In this document: in pieces, positions 50,015 to 59,061 of the stretch
Layout: each line of letters opens with the position of its first letter
How positions within the stretch are numbered: position 1 is the stretch's first letter
Assembly: GCA_965223545.1 (NCBI GenBank)
Contig: OZ245006.1
Location: 1,856,001-1,920,000 of the forward strand
Length of the DNA stretch: 64,000 bases
Reading direction: 5' to 3'
DNA from: Planctomycetota bacterium
GTDB taxonomy: Bacteria > Planctomycetota > UBA1135 > UBA2386
Notes under the pieces: generated by a model
What the model was told of the DNA's origin: nothing
Databases searched by the model: none
Seen by the model: the letters and a program-made list of their open reading frames with translations, nothing else
Program-made: the position numbers and the translations under genes

Positions 50015-51337
50015 TCACGGGACGATCGTGTACTTGGGGTTGCTGGCGACCGCCGTGAGCATGGCGGCATAGGTCCCGTGGGTTTGGCCTTCGGCCACGC
50101 ATTCGCCTGTGATGTTGTTGCTCTGCGACAGCACGATCGAACCGGGAATCGGCAAGCCCGTGTCGGTCTCACCGACCGCGGGGCCGATCACGAGCGCCTC
50201 ACGCGCGCCCGGCGACTGGGTAATCGTGGTGCCCGTGATCTCCAGAAACTTGCAGTGCGAGATGTTGACGTTGGGGCGGCGTGCCGAGCCGACGCCGACG
50301 AACACCGGCCCGACCTGGAAGTCGCAATCGCGGATGACCAGCGCATCGGTACCCGTGGGCGCGTTCGAGCCCCGGCTCATCACGAGCGCCCCGGTGATGT
50401 TGCCCGAGACGTTCGGGTGCAGGTTAGGGTTGGCGCCCAGCCGGACGACAGTGTCTTCGATGATGACCGTCCCGCTGTGGTTGCCCTTGAACGTGAGTGC
50501 CGACCCGCCGCCTCCCTGCTCGAGGCATACGTCCTCGATGTAGCAACCCCGCACCAGGATCGTACCGCGACCCTTGGGTCCCTCGGTGGTACGGGCGGTA
50601 ACCTGCACGACGGTGCGCCCCAGCCAACAGAACTCGGCATCCTCAATCGAGACCGCCATGCTGTTCGCGTCCGGTGCCTGCACGTTGTGGTGATAGAACG
50701 CATGCTCTTCTCCGATGCCCTTCACCTCACCGCCCTTGAAGACGAAGTCGTCCACGTAGTACGTCAGGAACCCCCATTTCCCCCTGAAGCCACTGTCCGT
50801 CTCAGCGTTCCAGCCGACGCCCGAGCCTAACCCGACCTTGCAGTTTTCGAAGTGCAAACGCGAGTGCACCGTGGTGTTGGACAGCATCACCGCGGCGCGA
50901 TCGTCGGGCTCGATCAGAAGATTGCTGAACAGAATGTCGTTACCGCGCTTGATCTCCAGCGTGTCGCTGCCGCCCACAGGATTCATGGTCCACACCACCA
51001 TGCCCGGATTGTTCGGCAGGATGCGCGTTGTCGCGCCGCCCTGGACCCGGTCGAGACTGAGGTGCGGGTAGCTGCCGTTGCGCACGGCGATACGGTCACC
51101 GGGCACGGCGATCCCCTGGTTCCACAACACCTCGACCGGGTTGTTGCCGGGCGTGTCGGTCCAAGAGAAGTTGGGATAGGGGCTGTAGCCCAGAGGATTC
51201 GCGCGCACGACCCAGTCGGGTGGAACCGCGACCGGAGGTTGCTGGCCCACCTGCGCGGCGGACATGGCGGCGAGCGTCGTGATGGAGAGTGCGAGCGCGG
51301 CGACGTGCCGCGTTCGGATCGGATGTGCGTTGTGCAT
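50015..51337 (-). CDS. Secreted right-handed beta-helix (pectin lyase-like) protein
   Basis: AAGGAG RBS, signal peptide, PGDRIAVRNGSY, EHAFYHHN, repeated I..C.(F/I) rungs. Confidence 0.7.
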   Translation of the reverse strand: MHNAHPIRTRHVAALALSITTLAAMSAAQVGQQPPVAVPPDWVVRANPLGYSPYPNFSWTDTPGNNPVEVLWNQGIAVPGDRIAVRNGSYPHLSLDRVQGGATTRILPNNPGMVVWTMNPVGGSDTLEIKRGNDILFSNLLIEPDDRAAVMLSNTTVHSRLHFENCKVGLGSGVGWNAETDSGFRGKWGFLTYYVDDFVFKGGEVKGIGEEHAFYHHNVQAPDANSMAVSIEDAEFCWLGRTVVQVTARTTEGPKGRGTILVRGCYIEDVCLEQGGGGSALTFKGNHSGTVIIEDTVVRLGANPNLHPNVSGNITGALVMSRGSNAPTGTDALVIRDCDFQVGPVFVGVGSARRPNVNISHCKFLEITGTTITQSPGAREALVIGPAVGETDTGLPIPGSIVLSQSNNITGECVAEGQTHGTYAAMLTAVASNPKYTIVP

Positions 51338-51501
51338 GTTGAGCTCCTTTCGAGGGAGTCCAGCGCAGCATCGGCCGAAGCGTTACGCGTCGCGCGCCAT
51401 GCGCAGCACGCTCCGTAACGCCAGCGCGATCTCGGCGCCAAGCGTGCGCGCGCGGCCTCGATGCCGGCGCACACGAGTCCACGACCCAAAGAGAGAACCA
51501 C

Positions 51502-52365
51502 ATGCACAGCAGAGCCTCACTGTTGGCGACCGCCGGCGCGGTCGCGCTCACCGCCGCCACCATCACCGCTCAGGCCAGCGCGCCGCCGGCCTCGCCGAGC
51601 CAGCCTCCGCAGCAGATCAACCCACAGACCATCCTCGGTTCGCTGCTGTGGGCTTGGGGTTGGGCCGGCGCCAACGGGCAGCACGTCGTCATCGTGCCCG
51701 GCCCGCGCGGCCCGCTGATCGAGTTCCTCGCCGATCTCTCCGGCAACGGCCACCACTGGTTCCGCTACGGCACCAACCAGCCGGGGTATCAGGTTGGCCT
51801 CGATCTGCCGGCCACGACGAAGGGGGGCGCCTACCAAACCTCGCTCCCGCTGATCGGCCTCGACAAGTACTCACCGCCCTGTCCCTCGGGCTGCGAGCTG
51901 TACGGCAACGTCTATGACCAGGAGCAAAGCCTGAATGCCAATGGCGCGTTCTACCTGGCCGTGGTGTCCATGAACACGCGCACGGGAGGCACGCGCGAGC
52001 TCCTCGGGCGCACCGCGCTGGACGTCGTGCGCTGCGACCAGAGCCGCGACAACGTATCCCTCACGGTGCACGGCACGACGCGCGAGATCGCTCCGGACGG
52101 CACCTTGCCGGCGGGGATCAGCCTGCTCGAGATCTGGCGCAAGGCCAGCGGAGAGATCGTCTGCGTCGCCAATGGCAACGTGGTGTCGCCACCCGGGATC
52201 TTCATGCCCGGCGTCTTCGCCCTGTCGGGATTCGGTTACGACGGCGCCGGCACCTCGCAGCACGACGACTATTTGTGCGAGCTGGTGATCTGCGATGGCT
52301 TGCCGACTGCGACGCAGCGCAACGCGCTGCGGACGCATCTCAGCGGCAAGTGGGGCGTTCAGTAG
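51502..52365 (+). CDS. Secreted LamG-like protein
   Basis: Signal peptide; DLSGNGHH ... LCELVICDGLPTATQRNALRTHLSGKWGV. Confidence 0.7.
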   Translation: MHSRASLLATAGAVALTAATITAQASAPPASPSQPPQQINPQTILGSLLWAWGWAGANGQHVVIVPGPRGPLIEFLADLSGNGHHWFRYGTNQPGYQVGLDLPATTKGGAYQTSLPLIGLDKYSPPCPSGCELYGNVYDQEQSLNANGAFYLAVVSMNTRTGGTRELLGRTALDVVRCDQSRDNVSLTVHGTTREIAPDGTLPAGISLLEIWRKASGEIVCVANGNVVSPPGIFMPGVFALSGFGYDGAGTSQHDDYLCELVICDGLPTATQRNALRTHLSGKWGVQ

Positions 52366-52381
52366 ACGACCCGGGCCGCGG

Positions 52382-54583
52382 TCACGATCCGACGACGCAG
52401 GTCGCGGCTGTAGACAGGGTGAATCCCGCCGAAACCGCGGGGTCCGGCACTACGGCCTGCAGATGAAACTCCGCGCCCAAATAGATCGGGTTCGAGGGAA
52501 TCGGGATGGCGAGATGCGCGGTGCCCGCGCTGCCCTGCATCGGCACGCTGGCCACCGGCGCAATCCGCAGCCAGCAGTTCGGCGACCCGAGTGCGCCCAG
52601 GTTGATCGGCAGAAGGCTCGGCCCCAGCGCCGTGTTGCTGCTGCCGATCATCGCCACCGCGGAGTGGCGCGGCAGGTAGCCCAGCCCGACAATCAGTCGA
52701 CCACCGAGCCGCGGCTCGAACGCACCAGACGCACCCCAAGTCGCCCCGCCGCAGCCGGAGCCGCCGAAATTGAGCACGGAACCGGATTGCGTGTAGGCCA
52801 TCGTCCGCGCCCCACCCGCGGCGATGACCGAGAAGCGATCTCCGGCCGGCAGCTGGAACTCCTCCGCCTGGCCCGAGCCGTTGGCACCCCAGGCCGCGAT
52901 CGTTCCGTCGCTCCGCAGCGCAACCGAGTGATCCCGGCCGGCGGCGATCGCGATGAACGGCTTGCCCGCGCTGACCGGGGGCACCCGCGTCTGCCCCGCG
53001 CGCCCCGAACCCCAAGCGACCACCGCGCCATCACTGCGCAACGCGATCGAGTGATCCCAGCCCGCGTCGATCGCGGTGTAGACCAATTGCGGCGGCAACG
53101 CGGGCACGTTGGTCTGTGACAGGCGGTTGTCGCCCCACGCCGACACGGTGCCATCACTGCGCAGCGCCACCGTGTGCGTGCGGCCGGCGCGGACGTCGAC
53201 GCAGCGCACGCCCGCGGGCAACGCGGGCACGCTGGTCTGGCCATAGGTGTTGTCTCCCCAGGCCACGACCGTGCCATCGCTGAGAACAGCGGCATCGTGA
53301 AACACGCCGACCGTCACCCTGCCAAAGGTCTTCCCCGGCGGCTTCGCCGGAGGCGGCGCCGTGAAGGCCCCCCAAGCGAACAGCGAGCCATCGTTGCCCG
53401 ACCCCAGAGCGCGGCCATCCCCCGCCGCAACCCGCAGCCAACGCACGCCTCTCGGCAGGGTCGGGATGTTGAGCTGCCCCCGGTCGTTCGCGCCCCAGGC
53501 CGTGACGTTGCCGTCGCTGTACCGCGTGATCGTGAAGTCCGTCCCGACCGCGAACTCCCACGGCTGGACCGGGCCCGGCAACGGTGAGCGGTACTCAGGC
53601 ACGTTGGTCTGGCCAGAGCTGTTGTTGCCCCAGCCCAACACGACCCCATCGCTCTGCCGCGCGAGGGAGTGGAACCCCCCGGCCGCGACTTCCACCGCGG
53701 TCTGCCCGCTCGACAGCGGCGGCACCGTCACCTGTCCGAGCGAGTCGGCGCCCCAAGCCACGACCGCGCCATCGCTCCGCCGCGCCACCGTATGCAAGAG
53801 ACCGGCGGCGACCGCGTCATAGCGCGTGCCGGCCGGCAACGGCGGCACCGCGGTCTGCCCGGCGAAGTTGGCGCCCCACGCCACGATCGCGCCATCGCTG
53901 CGCACCGCGGCCGAGTGATCCTGGCCGGCGGCGACCGCCGTGTACGCGAGTCCCGCCGGCAGCGGTGGAACGTTGGTCTGACCGTTGCGGTTGAGCCCCC
54001 AGGCGATGACCGAGCCATCGCTGCGGCGGGCCACGTTGTGGTGCCAACCGGCCGCGATCTCGACGTAGCTCAGTCCCGGTGGAAGAGCCGGCACCGCGAG
54101 CTGGCCGTAGAGATCCGAACCCCAGGCGACCACCGCGCCGTCACTGCGCACCGCGGCGGCGTGGAAGCTCCCCGCTGCCACGGCCACATACCGCATCCCC
54201 GCGGGCAGGGCGGGCACGGGGCCGACGCTGGCGCCCCAGGCGACGACCGCGCCATCGCTGCGGACCGCCAGCGACTGGCTTCCACCCGCCGCGATGCGCA
54301 CGTAGGTTTGGCCTTGCGGCAACGGCGGTGCCGTACATTGCCCGGCCGCGTCGTATCCCCAACCCACCACCGAGCCATCGGCGCGCACCGCGAGGGTGTG
54401 GTGAAGCCCCCCGGCGACCTGGGTGAACGACTCGCTCCGCCACGCGCCGTTGAACGTCTGGTCACCCCAGCCGACGACTTGCGCGGAGAGAGCGGAAGCC
54501 GTCAGCATGACGGCGGCCGCGCCCCGGCAGGACCGCAGGCAGGAGAAAGGACCGCGGGGAGCGATCAGCCTGGACTCCATCAT
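52382..54583 (-). CDS. Secreted RCC1/BLIP-II repeat protein with shared C-terminal domain
   Basis: About 13 repeats AAG..H..A.RSDG.VVAWG.N..GQT.VP. Confidence 0.9.
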   Translation of the reverse strand: MMESRLIAPRGPFSCLRSCRGAAAVMLTASALSAQVVGWGDQTFNGAWRSESFTQVAGGLHHTLAVRADGSVVGWGYDAAGQCTAPPLPQGQTYVRIAAGGSQSLAVRSDGAVVAWGASVGPVPALPAGMRYVAVAAGSFHAAAVRSDGAVVAWGSDLYGQLAVPALPPGLSYVEIAAGWHHNVARRSDGSVIAWGLNRNGQTNVPPLPAGLAYTAVAAGQDHSAAVRSDGAIVAWGANFAGQTAVPPLPAGTRYDAVAAGLLHTVARRSDGAVVAWGADSLGQVTVPPLSSGQTAVEVAAGGFHSLARQSDGVVLGWGNNSSGQTNVPEYRSPLPGPVQPWEFAVGTDFTITRYSDGNVTAWGANDRGQLNIPTLPRGVRWLRVAAGDGRALGSGNDGSLFAWGAFTAPPPAKPPGKTFGRVTVGVFHDAAVLSDGTVVAWGDNTYGQTSVPALPAGVRCVDVRAGRTHTVALRSDGTVSAWGDNRLSQTNVPALPPQLVYTAIDAGWDHSIALRSDGAVVAWGSGRAGQTRVPPVSAGKPFIAIAAGRDHSVALRSDGTIAAWGANGSGQAEEFQLPAGDRFSVIAAGGARTMAYTQSGSVLNFGGSGCGGATWGASGAFEPRLGGRLIVGLGYLPRHSAVAMIGSSNTALGPSLLPINLGALGSPNCWLRIAPVASVPMQGSAGTAHLAIPIPSNPIYLGAEFHLQAVVPDPAVSAGFTLSTAATCVVGS

Positions 54584-54704
54584 CTCGCACTCGCTTGTTC
54601 TTCGCCGACTCCTCACCGGGTCAGTGTATGCGCTGCGCTGAACGGCTGCCAGCCGCTCGCGATCTGCCCCTTGGCGAGGCGCTCGAAGGAATCGACGCAG
54701 CCCG

Positions 54705-57152
54705 CTACTCGCCGCCAGAGCTCGTCCAGAACAGCAGCACCGATCCTCCGACGAAGAGCGAGCCCGAGTCGGCCGGGTGGACCGCCAGAGCGCGCGGGCT
54801 ACTGAGCCCGGTGATCCCGGTGCTGGCGGCGAGCCAGGTCGCGCCGCCGTCGATCGACTTGTTGAGGATCGTATGGCCGGTGTAGAGGGTCTGCGGCGAT
54901 TGTGGGTCGATGCAGAGCGTGCGCAGGTCGGTGCCGCCCACCAGGCCGCTGTTGCGCTCGAGCCAACTCGCGCCGCCATCGGTCGAGACGAACACGCCGC
55001 CCGCGGTCACGACGTAGAGCCGCAACGAGTCGGTCGGATCGACGACGACGTGGCGGGCGTCGAGGTTGGTCAAGCCGGAGTTGATCGCCGCCCAGCTGTC
55101 GGCGCCGTCGAGGGAACGGTAGACCCCGCCGGCGGTCGCCGCGTACACGGTTGCGGGAGCGCTGGGATCGACGGCCAACCCGCTCACGTCGGCACTGCCG
55201 AGACCGGTGCTGCGGAACACCCAGCTCGCGGCGCCATCGGTCGTCTTGTAGACGCCCTCCAGCCGACTACCCGTGTACAGCGTCAGCGGATCGGAGGGAT
55301 CGATCGCCAGGGCGACGACCCGGGTCGAGAAGCCAAACAGGCCGGAGTACGCCGCCGTCCAGCTCGCGCCGCCGTCCGTCGTCTTGAAAACGCCGATGTC
55401 GTCGGTGCCGACGTACAGAGTCTGCGGATCGAGTGGATCGATGACGAGCACCTCCACTCTGAGGCTCGCCAGCCCGTTGCTCACCAGAGCCCAGGTGCGC
55501 CCGCCGTCGTGCGAGACCGACACCCCCGAGCCCTTCGACGCGACGTACACCGTCGCCGGCGCGACTGGATCGAAGACCACGGATCGACTGGCGCTGCCGC
55601 GGATCCCCGTCGTCACCGGGGTCCATGTCGTGGCGCCGTCGGTCGACTTGGCGACGCCCACGCCCTCGGTGCCGACGTAGATTGTCGAAGGCGCGCTGGG
55701 CGACAGGTCGATGCCGGTCGCGCCCCCCGGCAGCAAGCCCGCGCCCGCCGCGGCCCAAGAGTCGCCGCCGTCCGTGGAGCGGAACACACCCGACGTTTTC
55801 GTCGCGTACAGCGTGCCGGGCGCCATCGGGTCGGCCAGCACGCGCCGGACCGCGGTGAAACCGATTCCGCTGCTGATCTCGGCCCAGTTCGCACCACCGT
55901 CCACGCTGCGGAACATGCCACGCCTCGTACTCGCCGCGTACAGCCGAGCCGGAGCAACCGGATCGACCGCCAAGTCGAGAATCTGGCCCGCGCTGTTGAG
56001 CCCAGTGTTGCTCGAGCTCCACGACGCACCGCCGTCGGTGCTGATGTAGAACGAGTCGAACAGCAACGCGGAAGCGTACACCGTCGAGGGCGTGTGGGGG
56101 TCGACCCAGACGCGGATCGTGGCGGGCGACATGCCGGAGCCCGTCGGATTCCAGGTTGCGCCGGCATCGGTCGACTTGAACACGCCACCGAACATCGCGG
56201 CATACAACGTCGACGTGGTCACCGGATCGATGGCCAGATCCATGACGGCGAGAGTCGGCAGCCCGGCGCTGGCACCGTTCCAGGTCGCCCCCCCGTCAAC
56301 CGTCTTGAACACCCCGTGGTTCAGGACCGACACGTAGAGCGTGTTCGGGTCCGCGCGGTCGCGCGCGATCGCGCCCGTGTCGGGTGACGGCAAACCACCA
56401 TCGACCACGGACCAGAGGCTCCCCCCGTCGGCGGTGTGGTAGAGCCCGCTGCCGGTCGAGGCAAACGCATCGTCGGGGTCCAACGGGTGCGCAGCCACGT
56501 CGCGCACGCTGGCCCGGAAGAGGTCGACGGCAACCCACGGCTGGAAATCGAACGCGTTGGCGAGCGTCGCCGCCGCGAGCTCGTTGGTGACGACCACGTC
56601 CTGAGTGCCAGAGCCCATCGGCGACACTCCGGTCAGCGTGGTTTCGTTGACGATCACCACACTGGTCGCGGGCACGCCGCCGATCGCAACCGTGGTCTTT
56701 GCGGTGAAGCCCGAACCGACGACCACGAACGGCGTGCCGCCGCCGCTGGTGCCGACCGTCGGCGCGATCGACGCGGCGGTCGGTGGCCGCAAGTAAGCGA
56801 ACCCATCGGTCAAGGTCCCGACCTCCGCTCCGCGCTGCACGACGACGTCGACCGCACCCATCGAACCCGCTGGAGTCAGACCCGTGATCGTGGTGTCGTC
56901 CACCACGGCCACGCTCTGCAGCGCAACACCGCCCATCGTCACGGCCACGGTGGTGTCGAACGATGCGCCGGTGATCGTGACCCCGGTGCCACCGGCGACG
57001 TGCCCGACGACGGGGCTCACGCTGGTGATCGCGAGCGGCGGCGCGGATGGAGCGCCGGAGTTCGAACATGCCGCGCCGCTCAACCACAGCGCGACGGAAA
57101 CGACGACGGACACCACACCTCGACCGATCACGGCAAACCTCCGCGCGCTCAT
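54705..57152 (-). CDS. Lipoprotein with IPT/TIG domains and BNR/Asp-box beta-propeller
   Basis: Lipobox-like GAAC; two TIG repeats; many GVFKSTDGGA.W repeats. Confidence 0.85.
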   Translation of the reverse strand: MSARRFAVIGRGVVSVVVSVALWLSGAACSNSGAPSAPPLAITSVSPVVGHVAGGTGVTITGASFDTTVAVTMGGVALQSVAVVDDTTITGLTPAGSMGAVDVVVQRGAEVGTLTDGFAYLRPPTAASIAPTVGTSGGGTPFVVVGSGFTAKTTVAIGGVPATSVVIVNETTLTGVSPMGSGTQDVVVTNELAAATLANAFDFQPWVAVDLFRASVRDVAAHPLDPDDAFASTGSGLYHTADGGSLWSVVDGGLPSPDTGAIARDRADPNTLYVSVLNHGVFKTVDGGATWNGASAGLPTLAVMDLAIDPVTTSTLYAAMFGGVFKSTDAGATWNPTGSGMSPATIRVWVDPHTPSTVYASALLFDSFYISTDGGASWSSSNTGLNSAGQILDLAVDPVAPARLYAASTRRGMFRSVDGGANWAEISSGIGFTAVRRVLADPMAPGTLYATKTSGVFRSTDGGDSWAAAGAGLLPGGATGIDLSPSAPSTIYVGTEGVGVAKSTDGATTWTPVTTGIRGSASRSVVFDPVAPATVYVASKGSGVSVSHDGGRTWALVSNGLASLRVEVLVIDPLDPQTLYVGTDDIGVFKTTDGGASWTAAYSGLFGFSTRVVALAIDPSDPLTLYTGSRLEGVYKTTDGAASWVFRSTGLGSADVSGLAVDPSAPATVYAATAGGVYRSLDGADSWAAINSGLTNLDARHVVVDPTDSLRLYVVTAGGVFVSTDGGASWLERNSGLVGGTDLRTLCIDPQSPQTLYTGHTILNKSIDGGATWLAASTGITGLSSPRALAVHPADSGSLFVGGSVLLFWTSSGGE

Positions 57153-57232
57153 TGCCGGCCGTGGGTCCCCGTTCCACGATTCCACAAACTCGGGTCGAAA
57201 TCCCCGCCCGCAAGCAGTGGATTCGGATCGGT

Positions 57233-58354
57233 TCAGATCCGGACGTCGAGCAGCTGGCGCAGCCGCTTCTCCACGTCGCCGGCGGGCGGTCGCTCGCCGG
57301 GGTCGTCGCGCAGCATGGCGCCGACGAGCTTGGCGAGGATGTTGGGCACCTCGGGCCGCAGCTGCCGAACGTCGCGCCGAGGCCGCCCGCGCGCCGCGAC
57401 CCGCGTCTCGCCGGCTCCCCCGGCCTCGAGCGACCACGGCAACTGCCCCGTCAACAGACCGAACAGAGTCACGCCGAGGCCGAAGACATCCGCCGCCGGA
57501 GTCACGTCCTTGGCGTTCTCGAGCTGCTCGGGCGCGGCGTACGCGAGCGTGCCCAACGCAGTGCCGGTCGCGGTCAACGCGGTGAGGTCCTCGCCGAGAT
57601 CCTTGACCAGCCCGAAGTCGGTCAGCTTGGCCGAACCCTCCGCACCGACCAGGACGTTCTCCAGCTTGACGTCGCGATGGACGAGGTGACGCTCACCGAG
57701 CCACGCCAGAGCGGACGCGACGTCGGCCGCGATCGCGACCGCCCTCTCGATCGGCAGACGAGCCCCGCGCACCAATGCCGCGGCGTCCTGCCCGTCGACC
57801 AGCTCGAGGGCGACCCACGGCGGCGTGTCGTCGACGCCGATCTCGAGCACGCGGGAGATCGCGGGGTGGTCGAGCGCCAGACAGGTCGCGGCCTCGCGGC
57901 GCAGCCGCTCGAGGTGTCGCGGCCGGGCCCAGTGCAGTAACTTCAGCGCGACGCGCGCGCCGTCGGCGGCGCGTCGCGCCGAGTACACGATGCCGGCGCC
58001 GCCGCGGCCGAGCTCGCGCTCGAGCTCGAAGCCGGCGGGTGCCGCCAAAGGACCACGCGGCGCAGTCCGCGTGACGACCAGCTCGTGCGGCCCGACCGCG
58101 ACGTGATCGCCGCAGCGCAGCTCGAGCCAGGTTCCCACCGCCACCACCTGGCCGTTGATCCGGCCGGCGACGAGGAGCTGCACCTCGAGCCGGCGGGTGC
58201 GGCGGAAGACCGCGGCCCTGCCCGGCAAGTCGCCCAAGCGCCACGAGAGCCGGTGGTCGCTGCCCAGGACCCGCACCTGCCGCGGCGGCAGCCGAAAGAC
58301 CGATCCCGCGCGCGGCCCTCGCTGCACGGTGACGACGACACCGTCGTCACTCAC
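57233..58354 (-). CDS. FHA-like domain Ser/Thr kinase
   Basis: N-terminal GP..G..F.L...INGQ..L..GD.V.VG; HRDVKLEN, DFG, YAAPEQ; GTGA overlap with ECF. Confidence 0.85.
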   Translation of the reverse strand: MSDDGVVVTVQRGPRAGSVFRLPPRQVRVLGSDHRLSWRLGDLPGRAAVFRRTRRLEVQLLVAGRINGQVVAVGTWLELRCGDHVAVGPHELVVTRTAPRGPLAAPAGFELERELGRGGAGIVYSARRAADGARVALKLLHWARPRHLERLRREAATCLALDHPAISRVLEIGVDDTPPWVALELVDGQDAAALVRGARLPIERAVAIAADVASALAWLGERHLVHRDVKLENVLVGAEGSAKLTDFGLVKDLGEDLTALTATGTALGTLAYAAPEQLENAKDVTPAADVFGLGVTLFGLLTGQLPWSLEAGGAGETRVAARGRPRRDVRQLRPEVPNILAKLVGAMLRDDPGERPPAGDVEKRLRQLLDVRI

Positions 58355-58992
58355 CGCAGGTGTGGTCCGAGAAAGCCGCTCAGGTACTTCACCTCGGCGT
58401 CGACGTCCGCGGCCGCGTGGCCGTAGCACCAGATCTCCTGCTCGACGAGCCCAGCGAGGTGGCGCCGACCGCGCATCACGCGCTTGCGCAGCGCGCCTTC
58501 GGACACGCCGAGCTCCGCGCTCAGCCCCGCGTAGGTGCGCCCGGCGACGACCACGGCGTGCAGCGCCTGGTACAGCGCGGGCTGCTCGGCACGCAGCTGG
58601 TCGAAGCAGCGATCGACCAGTGCACTGATCCACTCGCGGTCGAACCCGTCGTCGGCGTCCTCCGCCACGAGCGGGGCCGGCCCCCCCGGTCGCGCCTGCG
58701 CGGAGCGTTCGCGGAGGTAGTAGAGCAGCTTGTTCCGCGAGATCGACTGGACCAGGGCGCGGAAGCTGCCGGCGGACGGATCGAGGTCATCCAGCGCGGC
58801 CAGGAGTCCGATCATGGCCTCCTGGGCGAGATCCTCCGCGTCGTCTCCGAGACCGCGCCGCCGCAAGTACGCGAGGACGACCGGACGATACTTGGCGCAC
58901 AACAGGTCGAGCGCTTCCGCGTCGCCGCCGCGCGCCTCCCACACGTTCGTCCAACGCGTGTTCGAAACCACCGCTGCGCATCGTACGGCCAT
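58351..58992 (-). CDS. ECF sigma factor
   Basis: TRWTNV..A, LCAKYRPV, DDAEDLAQE, GSFRAL, FDREW, YAGLSAELGVSEGA; start may be GTG 58971. Confidence 0.85.
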   Translation of the reverse strand: MAVRCAAVVSNTRWTNVWEARGGDAEALDLLCAKYRPVVLAYLRRRGLGDDAEDLAQEAMIGLLAALDDLDPSAGSFRALVQSISRNKLLYYLRERSAQARPGGPAPLVAEDADDGFDREWISALVDRCFDQLRAEQPALYQALHAVVVAGRTYAGLSAELGVSEGALRKRVMRGRRHLAGLVEQEIWCYGHAAADVDAEVKYLSGFLGPHLR

Positions 58993-59061
58993 GCCGACGG
59001 TCCTGGAAGCCCCGGACACTCGCACTACACTCGGCTGTCCTCCTCTGGCGCCCCGACTGCC

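Noticed and set aside
52800..54400. Periodic DNA repeats (also 19700-21300 and 54800-56450) resembling an array
   Set aside because: Degenerate, in-frame RCC1, Kelch and BNR protein repeats; no identical direct repeats with unique spacers and no cas genes
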